A stretch of 63,744 nt of DNA, filler included, from Choristocarpus tenellus KU-1152 (taxonomy: Eukaryota > Protista > Phaeophyceae): the NCBI GenBank assembly GCA_964200185.2. It is 8 parts of 8 records of this genome, joined end to end, with 100 filler letters (N's around TTAATTAATTAA, not from the genome) between each part and the next. Parts side by side here need not be neighbours in the genome. Positions count along the whole stretch, not along the records: positions 12,802 to 29,018 come from CAXNAD020000859.1; positions 29,119 to 33,278 come from CAXNAD020015917.1; positions 33,379 to 37,045 come from CAXNAD020018628.1; positions 37,146 to 40,599 come from CAXNAD020019931.1; 4 more parts are not named here. The stretch is one strand, 5' to 3'. Made by a program: the position numbers and the translations under genes. The first letter of the stretch is position 1. Every line of letters begins with the position of its first letter. Positions 25,936 through 39,160 of the stretch are shown here, piece by piece. The notes below the pieces were generated by a model. It ran no database searches and was not told the DNA's origin. It was given only the letters and a program-made list of their open reading frames with translations.

Positions 25936-28587
25936 TCAATGTGCACTAGTCCTTTCATGCCTGTTAGCCTTGTTGATAGTGATGGTGTCTCTCATGCCTT
26001 CAGTATAATGCAGCTCACACCGAGTAGCTTTACCTCCAGGGAAACCAAGAGTCGGCCACTTGCTGCAACCAAACTTTGTTATCAATGACCCCCAAAAAAT
26101 GAGCACAACACAACAATCAGACAAGGCAATGGAGGGGAGCGTCAGCGAGGGCTCTATCACACATGTGCAATCATGCGTGTAAAATGATTGCTGTTGTGAA
26201 TTGTGACAATTCAATCGAATCCATTCATAAAATCAAAGGACAGTCACATCACTAGCAAAATCGGTATCAGCCAGTTTGCTATTAAATTCTTGGGTTTGTG
26301 CGCACTGTGAGACTTATTGCCCTCGCTGTTTCCTCATGGCCACCTCACGACACTTGCCACTTGCTGCAAGCTTTGGCTCAATTCAGTACATCGAATCATT
26401 TCAACCCGGTTTATCATATACTCATAAATCTCTTGTTTCACAACTCAGCTATCAATAATAGCTGGCTGCTATGACCTATTCGAGGATAATGGTTCGGTAG
26501 AGGTTACTCCTGTAGGGTGGAGGAAGGACAAGGGCTTGCTGGCAAAAATCTGTTTGACCACACCATCAAGAGGGGAGAATAATCACATATTTTCACTACA
26601 TACAATTTTTCCTGATGGTAACCCTAACCCTACACTGACAGTACGCTTCTGCTTTAAAAAAAAACAGGGGACATGCTACAGACTAGGGTCGTAGCAAGGG
26701 TATTCTTGTGCACTACACACCCCATACCTCTCACAAACAATATTAGCATAGCACCTTATTCTCCAATTTGGATGAAGCGCCTTTTTTTAATGCTTCTTAT
26801 TTGCAGACAGCATCACAGATCCGAATTTGAAGGCACCTTCCTTCCCTCACCCCAGAGCAAGAACCCATTTTCCTCCCAGTCAAGAGACCAAACTTGCACC
26901 TGCAGCCTCGACAAAGCCCATACATACCCCTGCATCAAAGAAACTGAGCAATAGCTCATCCGAAACTTGGTTTCCTCCCCTGCTACGCAAATCATCCATA
27001 CCAATCAAACGTGTTCCTTCACCACAAGATGACCAACCCAGGTACTACCTATAGCTGGCGAACAACAAATAGAAAGTACTCCACTTCTGCCCTCCCCACC
27101 CTGCTAAATCATCTCCCACTTTGCTATTTCTCCTCACTCAATCAGACAAACGCATCTTTAGTCTTTTCCTCAAATTTCCAAGTTTCTACATATTCATGTG
27201 TAAAAAACCCCTAACATTTTTCTAGGTTAAGACTCTCCCCACACTACCACACCTTACTCTGAACCGTTTTGAAATTTCTCCACAAACTTGGTGACATATA
27301 ACAATAAAATTTCAATCAAGTATGGATCAGTAGTTGATACCATGGCATCAATATAAACAATATAAACAGTCCCTTTTTGCTCACCTGTTCACACACCCTC
27401 TTGGTGACATTGACCATCCTTTCCTTGCGATGGGCAGTGCAATACTCCGCCTTCGCTCCCTCCAACCCATACAGTGCTGCCTTTTGACAGGGCTGTTCCA
27501 AGCATCGCTTCACATGGACATTCACCTTTGGTGAACAAACACCCCCCATGTTGAAATCAAAGGCATACGAAAGAAGCAAAATCAAAGGGTATCGACACAT
27601 GAAAGCACATGCTATGTATCAATAGCACTACTAGTACAATACTTCAAGTACCATTAATGGAATGAAGGGGGCAAGATGTGCGCTACATCAAGTCACTCAG
27701 AATAAGAACATTTGAGTCAGTCATATCCTTAACACAATAAAATTCAACGCCATTTCAAACACATTTTATGTGACTAAATGTTTTTTACTACCTATCCCTA
27801 GATGCAAAGCAGTGGATATTTGTAAGTACTTGTAAGTGTCATCAAGGCACCTTGCGGGTAGAACGCCTTCTGGAAAAGCGAGTAGATCTCACGGGATGCT
27901 GTCGTGTAGCTCACTCAGACAGGCACGTCGATTGTTCAGTTCAAGTCCCAATAATTATTATCACATTAACACACAACAACATAGTACAGGACAACATGAC
28001 CTCGACTCCATTACTCACTACAACCAACATACCCCTGCAGAGGAGCATTTTTCAAGCCCTCATCAAAAACGGGCAGAATTATCTATCATGCACAAGCTGC
28101 GGTTAAGACATGGCTTACCGGCTACAAAAAACTTATCTTGAATCAAACCATCAACAATTGATATATACTTCGTATCTTACATTCTTTTGCTTGCAAGTTA
28201 AAAGGGCTTCTTTTACACACACCCGTTGGGGTCTATGCTCAAGAACATTCTTACTCTGAAAAAAAAAATTGCACATGATCTCAGGTACAAAAATCTGTGC
28301 ACCACCTTGAATGCAAGCAGACACTCAACTCAGAATAAAAACATTCCTACGATATTTTCGATTTACATTCATCAATCCCCCTCACCCACACACCACACAA
28401 CTTCCTACACAATAATCACCATGCCCTCCATCTTGTGCACACCACAGAACCTTGACCGTGAACCTGGAAGGCCGTAGATAGGCCTATCCATGCAACCCTC
28501 GTGCTCGCACTGCCTGTTGACCACATCCACCATCCCATGTAACTTATGTGCCATGCAGAAAGATGATCTCTCCCCTATAAAGCCATA
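25936..28587 (-). CDS. EsV-1-7 cysteine-rich repeat protein (3 exons; 5' part missing)
   Basis: Phase-0 GT-AG exons 28420-28587 (YGFIGERSSFCMAHKLHGMVDVVNRQCEHEGCMDRPIYGLPGSRSRFCGVHKMEGM), 27385-27525 (VNVHVKRCLEQPCQKAALYGLEGAKAEYCTAHRKERMVNVTKRVCEQ) and 25936-26073 (FGCSKWPTLGFPGGKATRCELHYTEGMRD...stop) splice into continuous C-x4-C...YG...C-x2-H...GMV repeats. Confidence 0.88.
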
Positions 28588-29118
28588 CTGTGTATTGCAG
28601 CAAGGAGAAGGGAGGATAAGTAGGAGTTAAACAATGGTCAGGTGAGCAGCAAGATGATATCGGAGGCTGTTTCGGACTAAAACATTAGACCATAATATAG
28701 TTAAGATTCAGGGGAACTGAAAAGTGATGGAGCGGGTTGGGTGGATGGGTGGGTGGAAAGGATGATTGGACCACTAATTCTGAGATTAAAAAAAGCAAGA
28801 GTTGCAGCGTTGCGGAGTGAGGTCCAACAAAAAGAGACTTGACAATTGTTGTGAGGAAATAATCATATACAAGCCACCGAAATAGTGGAAGGGAGCGACA
28901 GGGATGTTCGTAATTCATTACAAAGTAGAGTCATATCGCGTAGTCTCTGCTCCCTTGATTAGACAGGCCATCTCTCCCGTTCACCACAACAGTCCCCACC
29001 TTACCAAGGTTGAAGGGGNNNNNNNNNNNNNNNNNNNNNNNNNNNNNNNNNNNNNNNNNNNNTTAATTAATTAANNNNNNNNNNNNNNNNNNNNNNNNNN
29101 NNNNNNNNNNNNNNNNNN

Positions 29119-29180
29119 TCGCGTTATGGAAAAAATGGTCCCAAATGAACAGCCGTCACCCCCCTCAGATACTTTGACCC
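29119..29180. mobile_element. MITE family B terminus at a contig start
   Basis: AAATGAACAGCCGTCACCCCCCTCAGATACTTTGACCC. Confidence 0.75.
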
Positions 29181-29973
29181 AAACACAAGCAAACACATAC
29201 ACCCCTTGGACGCCATTCTTAATCAGAACAAAAGAATAACACTATTGATCATTCACCAACCAGTCATACATGCATTATAGCTGCAATAGATACATATTCG
29301 CCAATCCTAGTATTTGCAAACTAAATCCATACACAGACCTCTAACGAGACCAGGAAATCGGGGGAGGATGGATATACGCAGATTTAAGAGAAACACACTT
29401 GAAAGCTTTAATAATGGACTGACCTTAATAACGAACATTTGATGTATGTATGCCATTCTTGACATACTTCGGAGTATACATCCACAAGGTTCAAGCACTC
29501 CTGGACACCATCTCCTACTTCTACTTGTTTCTTATCTTATGCAGAACATGCTACAGAGTTCGTCCCCTGTCACTGGCAAGGTGTTTTCAACACGATATTT
29601 TTTTTCCGATATTGAACAAAACTTGGGTTTCATTTCTTCTGCAAGAAGTAGTGAGATACAGCTTCACCCTGGAATAAAACGCGACCCACTCTGACTTCTG
29701 GATACCTCTGCTAAGTTCATTGTCTATTATGCGCTGGTCTACCAGGGCAGCTACATGACCAGATTCTTCATATAAGACATACAGTTGCTAATCGCTGTGG
29801 ATTATCTTAATTTTAGAGACTATGCCAATACAGTAGAGTAGCAGCATACAGGCATTTAGACCAGGTACTTCCTATCGTTTCCCCTCAAATATATCTGGAA
29901 CCTTACAGGATGTTGGAAGTTTGACTAAAGATACATCTGAACCCCTCAATCGCCTTTATGTGAGTCCTCTCAC

Positions 29974-31373
29974 CTCAGATGATTTTGCATGGCCCTTCGA
30001 GATGCTCACGTTTGGGAGGATGTTCAGCTCAAAAACCTTTGACCTAGACAACGCAGCAGATGGGTCATGGCAATCTCTCCACTTGCCTCGGAAAAACAAG
30101 AAGGTTCCTCTTGCATTCCACTCTTCATAGGAGAGCTCATCCTTGAATAGTTGCTGACCTGCTTTCACTGGTGTTAAAAGGGTACACCGCCACTTACACC
30201 TCTGCCTCCACCATGGTACAGGCACATTGGTATCATCTACCCAATAGGAAACATCCTGAACGTTCTGGTGCCCATCTATGTACCGACCCACTGTCATATT
30301 GCGTATGACTTCCCTCAATGATTTGGGATAGGATTCAAAGTAGTCACCTTGAAGCTTCCAGTCAGACATCTGCATCATTCAACGAGAATTATGGCGCATT
30401 CAGAGGAGAGATATCTCGGCAGAGCCACACAACAAGAAGCATCCCCAATAACTCAAGCATGGATTGGTATGTTGTGTTCAAAGGTTTGGGGTAATCACAA
30501 CATCACACACTCAGAGACCTGTTCTCCAACACCACCAAGCATACCTCTAAGACAACCTGTTATTTGATGGCCTTATTTTTCAAGGTCCAAATTGATGAGT
30601 TACAGGAGGCAATAGACAAAGAGAAAAAGTATTCACCTCACCGGCCAAAAATGATCTCGGCCATGATTTCGCTGATACCATGGGCTGGAAATCACCGTCT
30701 GTACTGCTTTAGATGTCCGGTCATAATGACTCTCCCCCCTGCATGTTCCTGCCCCAATAGACTCATCTACGCTGTACAGGATTACAAAGAGTTCTGCATC
30801 CTCAGGATCCATTCTTCTCCACGGGTGGTTCCTGAGAGCATAGAGCCACTGCACATTGGTGACCTGAAATATGGGCATTGTTGTGAAGATTGAAGGCAAA
30901 ATGCCATGATACTCTCTTTGCAGATCCTCATGTGCACAACACAGATGTATTAGACAACATATGCATGTAGTTATAGGCTATGTTTCGAGCGAAGACATTG
31001 ATATCCTCGGAGTCCTCTTCCCCATCAATACATACTACACACTGTAATTCTTGGCATGTACCATCGACAAAAAAGAAAACGATGCACTGCAGCAGTGGCA
31101 CGAACGACACAAATCAGAAGTTCTTACCCAATAGGCAACAACTAATCCCTCATGAGCCTCTGAGCATTGCTCCTTGATCTCTGTCTCAGACATAAGAGTG
31201 CTCAACGGCTGCAAAGAAGGATACTCATCACCGTCGTAAAGATAAAACGGCACCGCAGAAGGCCCTTCCCTGACGGACAGACCAATCGCCTTAACCCTGA
31301 CCGCCGGACACGAGAATAGAATGAACAATAGCATGCATTGTACGATCATGGCAGCTTTTGCACCTGTGTCCAT
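29974..31373 (-). CDS. Exostosin/GT47-family glycosyltransferase (3 exons; C-terminal exon(s) not found on this contig)
   Basis: Exons 31128-31373 (signal-like MLLFILFSCPAVRVKA; PFYLYD), 30642-30863 (HPWRRMDPEDAELFVI..SPWYQRNHGRDHFWP) and 29974-30369 (..RGTFLFFRG..), all phase 0 with GT-AG borders. The DP.EA.LF and GRDH motifs are typical of exostosin-family proteins. Confidence 0.85.
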
Positions 31374-32580
31374 CCACAAGAGAGAGCAGAAGGTAGTGTT
31401 ATTAATGTAAACACATAACGAGATTTTCTCTTAGTAGTGTGAATCGTGTCTGACTTCTGGAGGGAGTACCAGCGATGCTATGGAGTCGGGACTGGAAAGC
31501 CTTACTCAATGAGAACGTTCGCAACTCGTTTCATCGATGAATTGCGACACGATTGTTTTGGTTCGTTGCTCATGTGTCGGAAGGTTTCAACCAAGGCAGT
31601 TGCAAGTGTCCTCTAGAGCTTTCAGGAAATCATTATTGAAGGAGACAAGTAAAGGGTAGATAATGTCATGTCAGCTGTGCATGTTTATCGTGGCGAGAGA
31701 AGTATGGGTTCATTAGCTGTTCCAAAGATGAAGAGGTAGACACGGCACAAATGTATTCCAGTAAGAACACAACACACATACGTAGTAGGGGCTATTCCAG
31801 GAAGACAACATAACGTAGTATGGGTAGTAGTAAGGGGCGTAGGGTTCGTAGAAAGGGAGGAGTCGATATCTCCTCGAGGGTTTGAAGCACCTCTTCGGGG
31901 AACTGATAATTGAGTGCGACTCATGAAGTAATCTGTTGTAATCTAACGTGCCTCAGCCCAAGGCTTAGTTAGAAGGCTACAAGCCGACTCGTCACAATCG
32001 ATGTGCATCGAAGCTCCTAGGCTAAGAGCATTTTCAAATGTGATGCCTGACCTTTCAAGGCAGAATATTATCCTGTGTTCCTCAAGGTGTGGAACAAATC
32101 TATTCACCAAAATTGTGAGTGGCAGTTCAAGGATTACATATCGCTCCCACAATGCCAACCAAACGTCTATGAAGCAACACTATTGTTGCTGGATATCAAA
32201 AAATGGATGGCTTACAGATTACCTCTTCGTCTCGGTACCAATGTTTTATGCAACACTAATCCTAGTTTATAGCCATTCTTGTTGGTGTCCTTTCAGATGA
32301 CTGGCGTGAAAAGAACGATGATAGGCACACGATGTGATTTTGTTGGAGTGATCATGGTCAAATTTGTACAGCCAACCGATTTGAACAAAACGTCGTAGAG
32401 TGATTGATAGAGTTAGAAATTCACACACCAAAACAATGTAGATGTTTATAGATGTTTATACATATATATATATATAATAATATATCTAGATAGAGTCGTT
32501 TCTTAACGTCTTTTTGATTGATTTGAGATTGTTGAGATTGATAGAGTGAGGAATGTTCTGCATACGATAAGAATAATTAA

Positions 32581-32810
32581 CCCCGACACATATGCAAAAT
32601 TTCAGAGGGCAAAATAATAAAATAAGAATAAAGTTTTCAATTTTCTCCAATAATGTTTCTGTAGAACCAACCTTCTTAACGGTAAAGGGTGTATGGTGAA
32701 TGATGTTTACACAATATATTTTATTTTATTATTTTGCCCTCTAGTGGCCTGGTGTGGACTAAATACTCCAATCAAATGTGATGATATCATCAGTGGTAGT
32801 GTTTAGGGGG
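32581..32810 (+). mobile_element. Miniature element with piggyBac-like architecture
   Basis: TTAA|CCCC start; perfect 22-bp internal inverted repeat AGAGGGCAAAATAATAAAATAA (32604-32625 / 32721-32742); a second left-end copy lies inverted at ~37657-37703. The right TTAA is not seen. Confidence 0.4.
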
Positions 32811-33378
32811 AGGAAGAGGATAGGCTTATGAAACCCCTAATCAAACCAGCAGAAACCTTGCAAAGCATGAAGGATCATAGACTTATTAAAAAAAAAATCT
32901 AAGAGAGAGTCTAATATCAGCAATTCAAGGAACGTCTGACAAGCCAAGAATTGGGGTACCAATACTGATCTAGACTAATACATGACCGCTACATGCCCTA
33001 GCCCTTACGCAACCCATCCAGACTAGCCCTACCAGATTACTCTAGGCAATGTCGAGGAGGGTGCATGAACAATGTTGGAACAATGGGTTGATCCCCGACT
33101 AGGGGTGGGACTGCAAACTTGAGGATACAGGTACCGTACAGAAACTAGAGGGAGATGATCTTTAGTAGCCTGGCAAGGTAGGTGAAGATCAAGAAGGTAC
33201 AGAGGTAAGGTAGGGGGGGGGCAGGGAGAGCTATCCTTTGGCGGCTGGTACAACGGTCAGGGTTGCACCAGAAATGGGNNNNNNNNNNNNNNNNNNNNNN
33301 NNNNNNNNNNNNNNNNNNNNNNTTAATTAATTAANNNNNNNNNNNNNNNNNNNNNNNNNNNNNNNNNNNNNNNNNNNN

Positions 33379-33445
33379 CCATGGGAAGCCAAGCCCCAAA
33401 TGGACAAACAGGGCAAAACTCGTACCCTCTAAGATACTTTCACTC
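33379..33445 (+). mobile_element. MITE family A 3' end at a contig start
   Basis: CCATGGGAAGCCAAGCCCCAAATGGAC...TACCCTCTAAGATACTTTCACTC. Confidence 0.85.
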
Positions 33446-36400
33446 TATTGTCCGAGTAGAATCACAAATTCCCTTGAACGAATTTACCTTTCACTACTAC
33501 TCCAGCCTGACCTCCACTTAATCTAAGTTCAAATGGCAACAAAACCATACGTACGCTGTTTCCCACATGTGCAATAGCATTGTTGACCAAATGTTGAAAC
33601 GTGGAATTGAATTAATCATGCTCTAGTACGGTGGCAGGTTGATTGTGATGAAGGGGTGTCATAGTGCAATGAAGCATGGGCGAATTCTGACAGATGAACC
33701 TAGTGACATGGTGTACATAGTCAGAGTTTATTCGGTACAAATTTGTGGGTATTAAAGAAGGATTTGGGGATGTTTTAACTCTGAATATATTGCATCCATT
33801 TGTATGCCAGGTGCACTTAGTGCAGGGTGAACTCGAGGTCTAAGTGGGGGTAAGTAAAACAGGAAAAGAATAATCACGTATGAGATAGTGTCTGAGACAC
33901 AATTGATTGGTTTTGATGTGAAGATAAAATAACAAAGAAATAAACTTGAATCAAAACCTGGGACAATTATATTTTGTAAATCATATGGTTGTATGTTTGA
34001 CAGATGTCGACTGTTCCATAGTTCCTATCCACTATGGTGTTCTGATAGTAGTTGTGCTATGGCGAGATGCGCAAGATGTAAATGTGAGCAAAGACCAATA
34101 CCGATGTGCGAATCAACAGTCAGTATGAACTGGTATTTATGTATCGTATCAAGGATTCAAAAGATTAATAACTTATGTTTTAACACCAAATTGGTAGAAT
34201 GTACGTACGTTGTTCTCATCATCTTAGCCTCCTCCAAACCATCAATACCCTCAGGACATGTTGCAAAAGTCGCATGTTGTTCAACTTCAAGACCATCTTT
34301 CCACCTGACTATAAGCTGGTTCGTCAACATGACAGCGACAACTACTGTCCATCTGGGGCAGTACCAGCTGTAGTGCCTTCCAACAGTTAGATCATAAACA
34401 GGAATCCCGTTGTCTCCTCTCCAGAACTGAGGACCAGAGACACACAGTGAGCAACGTTTGGGAGAGGTTAACGGTTCGTTCTATGTTTCGGTAGGATGTC
34501 AAACTCAAACTAAACGTCATTGATGAGGTCAATAATGATGTCCGCAGACTGGTGAACAATGTGGTCTATGATAGAGATGGCGGCTCAGAATTGCCACGAG
34601 AACCACAGCACATGTTTGAGGAGGAAGAGGTATAGGAAGTCATCCTTCAGCTCCAGGATCAGGTAGACAAGAGTGTGTTGTAATATTCTGTGCAAGCCGC
34701 ACAAAACCAGTGGGATATTGTCAGGGACAATGGAACATATTCTGAGGCAATAGGGTATTATACTAGTCACTAGGGATGATATTGGGACATTGCCTGGAAT
34801 GAGTGGGGTATTCTGTGGAGACAAAGAAAATATTGCAGAGATGAGGAATTTAAGTGGAACGAAGAAGAAGAGATAGTTCAGGAACAATCAGATGTTCTGG
34901 AAAGAGGACATGATTTTCTCCCCCCTCACCGTTGTTATCGTCCCTCACTTCTAAACTACCAATCTTGAGTCTTTTCACATCATGAGAGATTAATACGACA
35001 AAGGATAATCAAAAACTGAATGATAAACTAATATACAAAATGAAGGAAGTCTGTGTGAGAAACGAAGAGACATGAAGTCGAACAGAGTGCAGGGAGTCTC
35101 AAGAAGAGTGAGAATGCATTAAAATACATGAGAATTCCACAAAGAAGCGAGAGAAGGAGACCAAGAGTTACATCCTCCAACCCCCGAGTTTGGTAGCCAT
35201 CACTGAGCAAGGAATACCTCTCGAAGGGAGCTGTTAATTGGTTGCCTCTGTACGGGTGGTTTCCAGAGCAGTGGTTGAGGGGCACAGAGTCCACGTATCG
35301 ACCCAGATATATCGTGCATGCAATGCAGCATGGGTGGGTCAGCCTCCCCTACAAGGTGAAATGTGATGATAGGAAGAAGTGCAATGTCCAACTCGCCGCA
35401 CAAGGTTCAGCACCAAGCAGGAAACAACGGAGTGCAGCTGCATCTGGAAAATTCCACCTACTTATTCCTTGATTTTGCGAGGACAGCACAACCACATACA
35501 TGGTTGTTTCTCTTGGTTGTGGCATTGTGTATAATCCCGTTTCCTTTTACATACTACTTCGACAATATACATATAAACCTCTCTTGCTGTTGCAAAAGAA
35601 ACACAGCAAGAACATACACCCTTTGTGCAGTCTAGTATGCATGACGGCACGGGTAGCATAAGATATGCGACGGAACAAAGTTGGAAAATCCGTTGAATGA
35701 GAATGTTCCAGAAGAATATTCTAGAAAGGGGAACGTTCTTGGATTGGGCACTTGATTCTAGATTTCTTGTATGGTAGGATGTAGAGGTCTGAGAGTAGTG
35801 GAGGTTGAGCTCCATCTAGCTCACTTTCAATCTCGACCAAGCAATCCAGTCCTACTTGAGAGAGTCTATGGCAAGAGTGATAACCGTGCGGGCTAATGAC
35901 ATAATAACAATATAAGACTTAATTATCAACAATGTTTTTAGAAAACGTCTGAGACGCAAGAGCTAGTCTCAAACCGTCAACGGAAGAATCCGTGTCAGTA
36001 GACAACGAATGGAACATCAACGGACTGCTCGACTAGGCTGTGAGTTGGAGGATACACATTCACATATTGTATATATTTTTTTCAACAGCTCTCACGCGCA
36101 ACTTGTGCCTTCTTATTTCCGCATGCACCATTTTTTAAAATCTCCTGCAGCTAAGGACCCACACTATTCACCAATTTTCATCATTCTTCACTGCTTTCCA
36201 ATTAATTAGAGTATTTGTTCTCAAACACATTGAAGATATCTCTATCAAGAGGATCCCATCTAGCAAAGGATCAACAACCACACTGAGAATACTCGTATAT
36301 ATTTCAGCAGGTAAATGGTTGGTCAGGCATGAGGCTCAATAGGCCTTCTGACGCAAATCGAACAAATCATACCCCCTTCTATGATACATTGACGCATCTA

Positions 36401-36825
36401 AGCTTCGATAGAAAGGTGCAATTGCACACTTAGAAATACTACCACTTAAAAATACTACCTCTGTCTCGAAATTCAAGGCTGATACAAGGACATAAACTTC
36501 AGCACATCTAATTTGACATGCGCTTTAGCCCATTGGAGCCCTTCTGTTCATGTACTATTGGATTGCACGCCCCCGCCACAAACTCCGAAAAACACCTTGA
36601 CTGACGATCACACAACTGAGTTGGGTTGCATGAAAGCCCTCGAGTACAAGGTCTGCCAGGTCTCACCTTTGTGTCTTTCCTCAGATGATGTAGGTAATTT
36701 GGTGTTTTGCCCCTTCTCAGGCATGACAGACCACAAGGTCGCCAGTAGGGTCGCCAGCAGGGTCGCCAAACTAAGCTACTTGAGACTTCTATGAGGCACA
36801 GCCCACTGGACGCCAACTGTGCTGA

Positions 36826-37010
36826 GACGCAAAGTGTCTGGGGGAGGTGGTGGCTGTCCATTTGGGGCTCATTTTACTATGTCGTGATTTTTGGGTGATT
36901 TTGACGGCATGCGTCGGATGGATAATGTAAGTGCACTTCTCCTGGTCAGGGTCCAAATGGACACATTAGTGTAGACCCCCCCCCCCCCACCCCCCGAAAC
37001 GTTTAGGGTG
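36826..37010 (+). mobile_element. MITE family B, near full length; another terminus at 37146-37174
   Basis: CAAAGTGTCTGGGGGAGGTGGTGGCTGTCCATTTGGGG...AAATGGACAC..GTAGACCCCC aligns with 59154-59333. Confidence 0.8.
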
Positions 37011-37823
37011 ACCAATAAAACAAAGTCGGTGTTCTCCTGTGGGTGNNNNNNNNNNNNNNNNNNNNNNNNNNNNNNNNNNNNNNNNNNNNTTAATTAATTA
37101 ANNNNNNNNNNNNNNNNNNNNNNNNNNNNNNNNNNNNNNNNNNNNCCGTCACCCCCTCCCAGATACTTTGAGACAGAGTTTATTGTTGGTACGAGGGTGT
37201 ATTTCGGTAAGACAGGGAGACCCCCCAAAAAACTAGAAGGTAGACTGGGGCGTGAAGGAAGCACCTTGCACACTCAACTGGAGATTTTTTGGTGGATCAG
37301 ACAGATTATGTTGACAAATTATTATTTTGCTTCATTTTTCAAAAATCAACCCTAGCCCTTGACCTCCAACCTCACGAGACTGTAGGTCTGAGCGTAATCC
37401 GTAACATTCAACTTTTTGAACCCGATTAGGACTTTGAAACCCTGTACAAATTTCCTTGAAATGAAATTTTCTTGGTCGTTGTGTTTCCTAGAATTGGGAT
37501 TTTTCATGCATAGTTTAGTTTGTCTGTTATTGGTGGGGACGTAGTAAATGCACCCTAATCTCACGGCATGTCGTGCGCACAAGCGTGCTCTGTTGGCGAT
37601 TTGTAGCCAATAAAGAACACTATGTTGTCCTACTACTACTTTACCACCCTACTCTGTATTTTATTATTATGCCCTCTGACATCTTGCAGATGTGTCAGGG
37701 GGGAAACCAATGAGAACTATACACATGTCGGTATAAGCCCTAAAGAAATAAAATGCCATAAATGTGAAAGACACTAATATATTTGTTACTTCACCACCAT
37801 CTATGTTGTGCTACTGCCTTCCT

Positions 37824-38081
37824 GTGTTAAAAGTATCTTAGAGGATAGAACGCATCCATTTGAGGGCCAAATTCGAATGTTGCAAATTTGATGTAATTTT
37901 GGCTATCGTGTTTGTTAGGAAGTGTCAATATCCATGTTCCGAACACACCTCCTCATAATATACACATTTTACCTACTCCTAGCCATTTTGGAGTACGAAG
38001 ATGTCATACAAGAACCATGGGAAGCCAAGCCCTAAATGGACAAACGGGGCAAAACTCGTACCCTCTAAGATACTTTCACTC
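37824..38081 (+). mobile_element. MITE family A, full length
   Basis: AAAGTATCTTAGAGGATAG...GTACCCTCTAAGATACTTTCACTC. Confidence 0.88.
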
Positions 38082-38440
38082 TGACACGTCTAGACGGTGC
38101 AACTTGCGTAGTTACCGAGACAATTTGGTGTAGAAGGGATATAAATACTCATTTCCTGCTATATCCCCCCGTTCCTCTCCCCCCCACCATATGAGTACCC
38201 AGTTCATCCAGAAAGTCTTCCGCTTGCTTGCCGGGCCGCCCAAAACTTTCCACCATGAAGGTGTTGAGGTCATAACTACGAGGATGAAAAGAGCCCTTGT
38301 AGTTGGTGCAATTTTGTGCCTCGGCTGCAGCAGCAGCTACACGCAACTGCTGGTCAACGAATGTAGGAGGTGGGAGGTTGCCTGTACTTCCGCAAACGTA
38401 ACATCGAATAGAAGGCCTTTGTCTCAGTAGGGGGAGCCCC

Positions 38441-39160
38441 TAATTACCATCAGAACACCGTAGTACAGAACAGTCGCTCTGCGTTCCACATGCAAGAATT
38501 GTATACGTTACTTGAGTTGCATCACACATTGGTTCAAGTTTGTTCTGTTGTTCCCTTGTTTGTTTTTTCTTCACTCTTGAGGCAGAGTATCTTAGAGGGT
38601 AGAACCGCGTCCATTTGGGGGTCAAAATCCAATGTTACGATTTTGATGTAGTTTTGGCTATCGTTTTTGTTAGGAGTGTCAATATCTACGTTTCAGACAC
38701 GAATTTTCAAAACGTATACTTTTTTCCTACTCCGAAACATTTTGGAGTAGAAAAGTGTCATAAAAAGACCCATGTGAAGCCAAGCCCCAAATGGACAAAC
38801 AGGGAAAAATTCGTACCCTCTAAGATACTTTCACTCTCTTTCTTCCTCTTATCAGCAGAAGATGACAGTTGTGCGTTGATTGTTGATTATTTTTTCTTTC
38901 ATGGCTGCCATTGATCTCTCACAATGCACCAAGCTCACTCTGCAAAAAGTGTATCAAACCCTTGCTAGCCAAGGTAACAAGCATCTCCACAGAGCATGGA
39001 CTTCTTTCGTTGAATATCTCATGAAAGAACACTAAATTCACACGACATCATTCTGGATTGAGCAACCAAGAATATTGAATTCACATTGCATCATTCTTGA
39101 CTGAGAGATCAATGACCTCAGTTACAACAGAATAAATACATTCGATTCAGGTTTCAACAT
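38441..39160 (+). repeat. Dispersed repeat X (copy 1), inserted in the CRE element
   Basis: Reverse-complement match to ~57800-58422, with internal deletions. Confidence 0.85.
38579..38836 (+). mobile_element. MITE family A, full length, TSD TCTT; empty paralogous site at 58279-58282
   Basis: CTTCAC TCTT|GAGGCAGAGTATCTTAGAGGG...GATACTTTCACTC|TCTT TCTTCCTC, versus the uninterrupted CTTCAC TCTT TCTTCCTC in repeat X copy 2. Confidence 0.96.
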
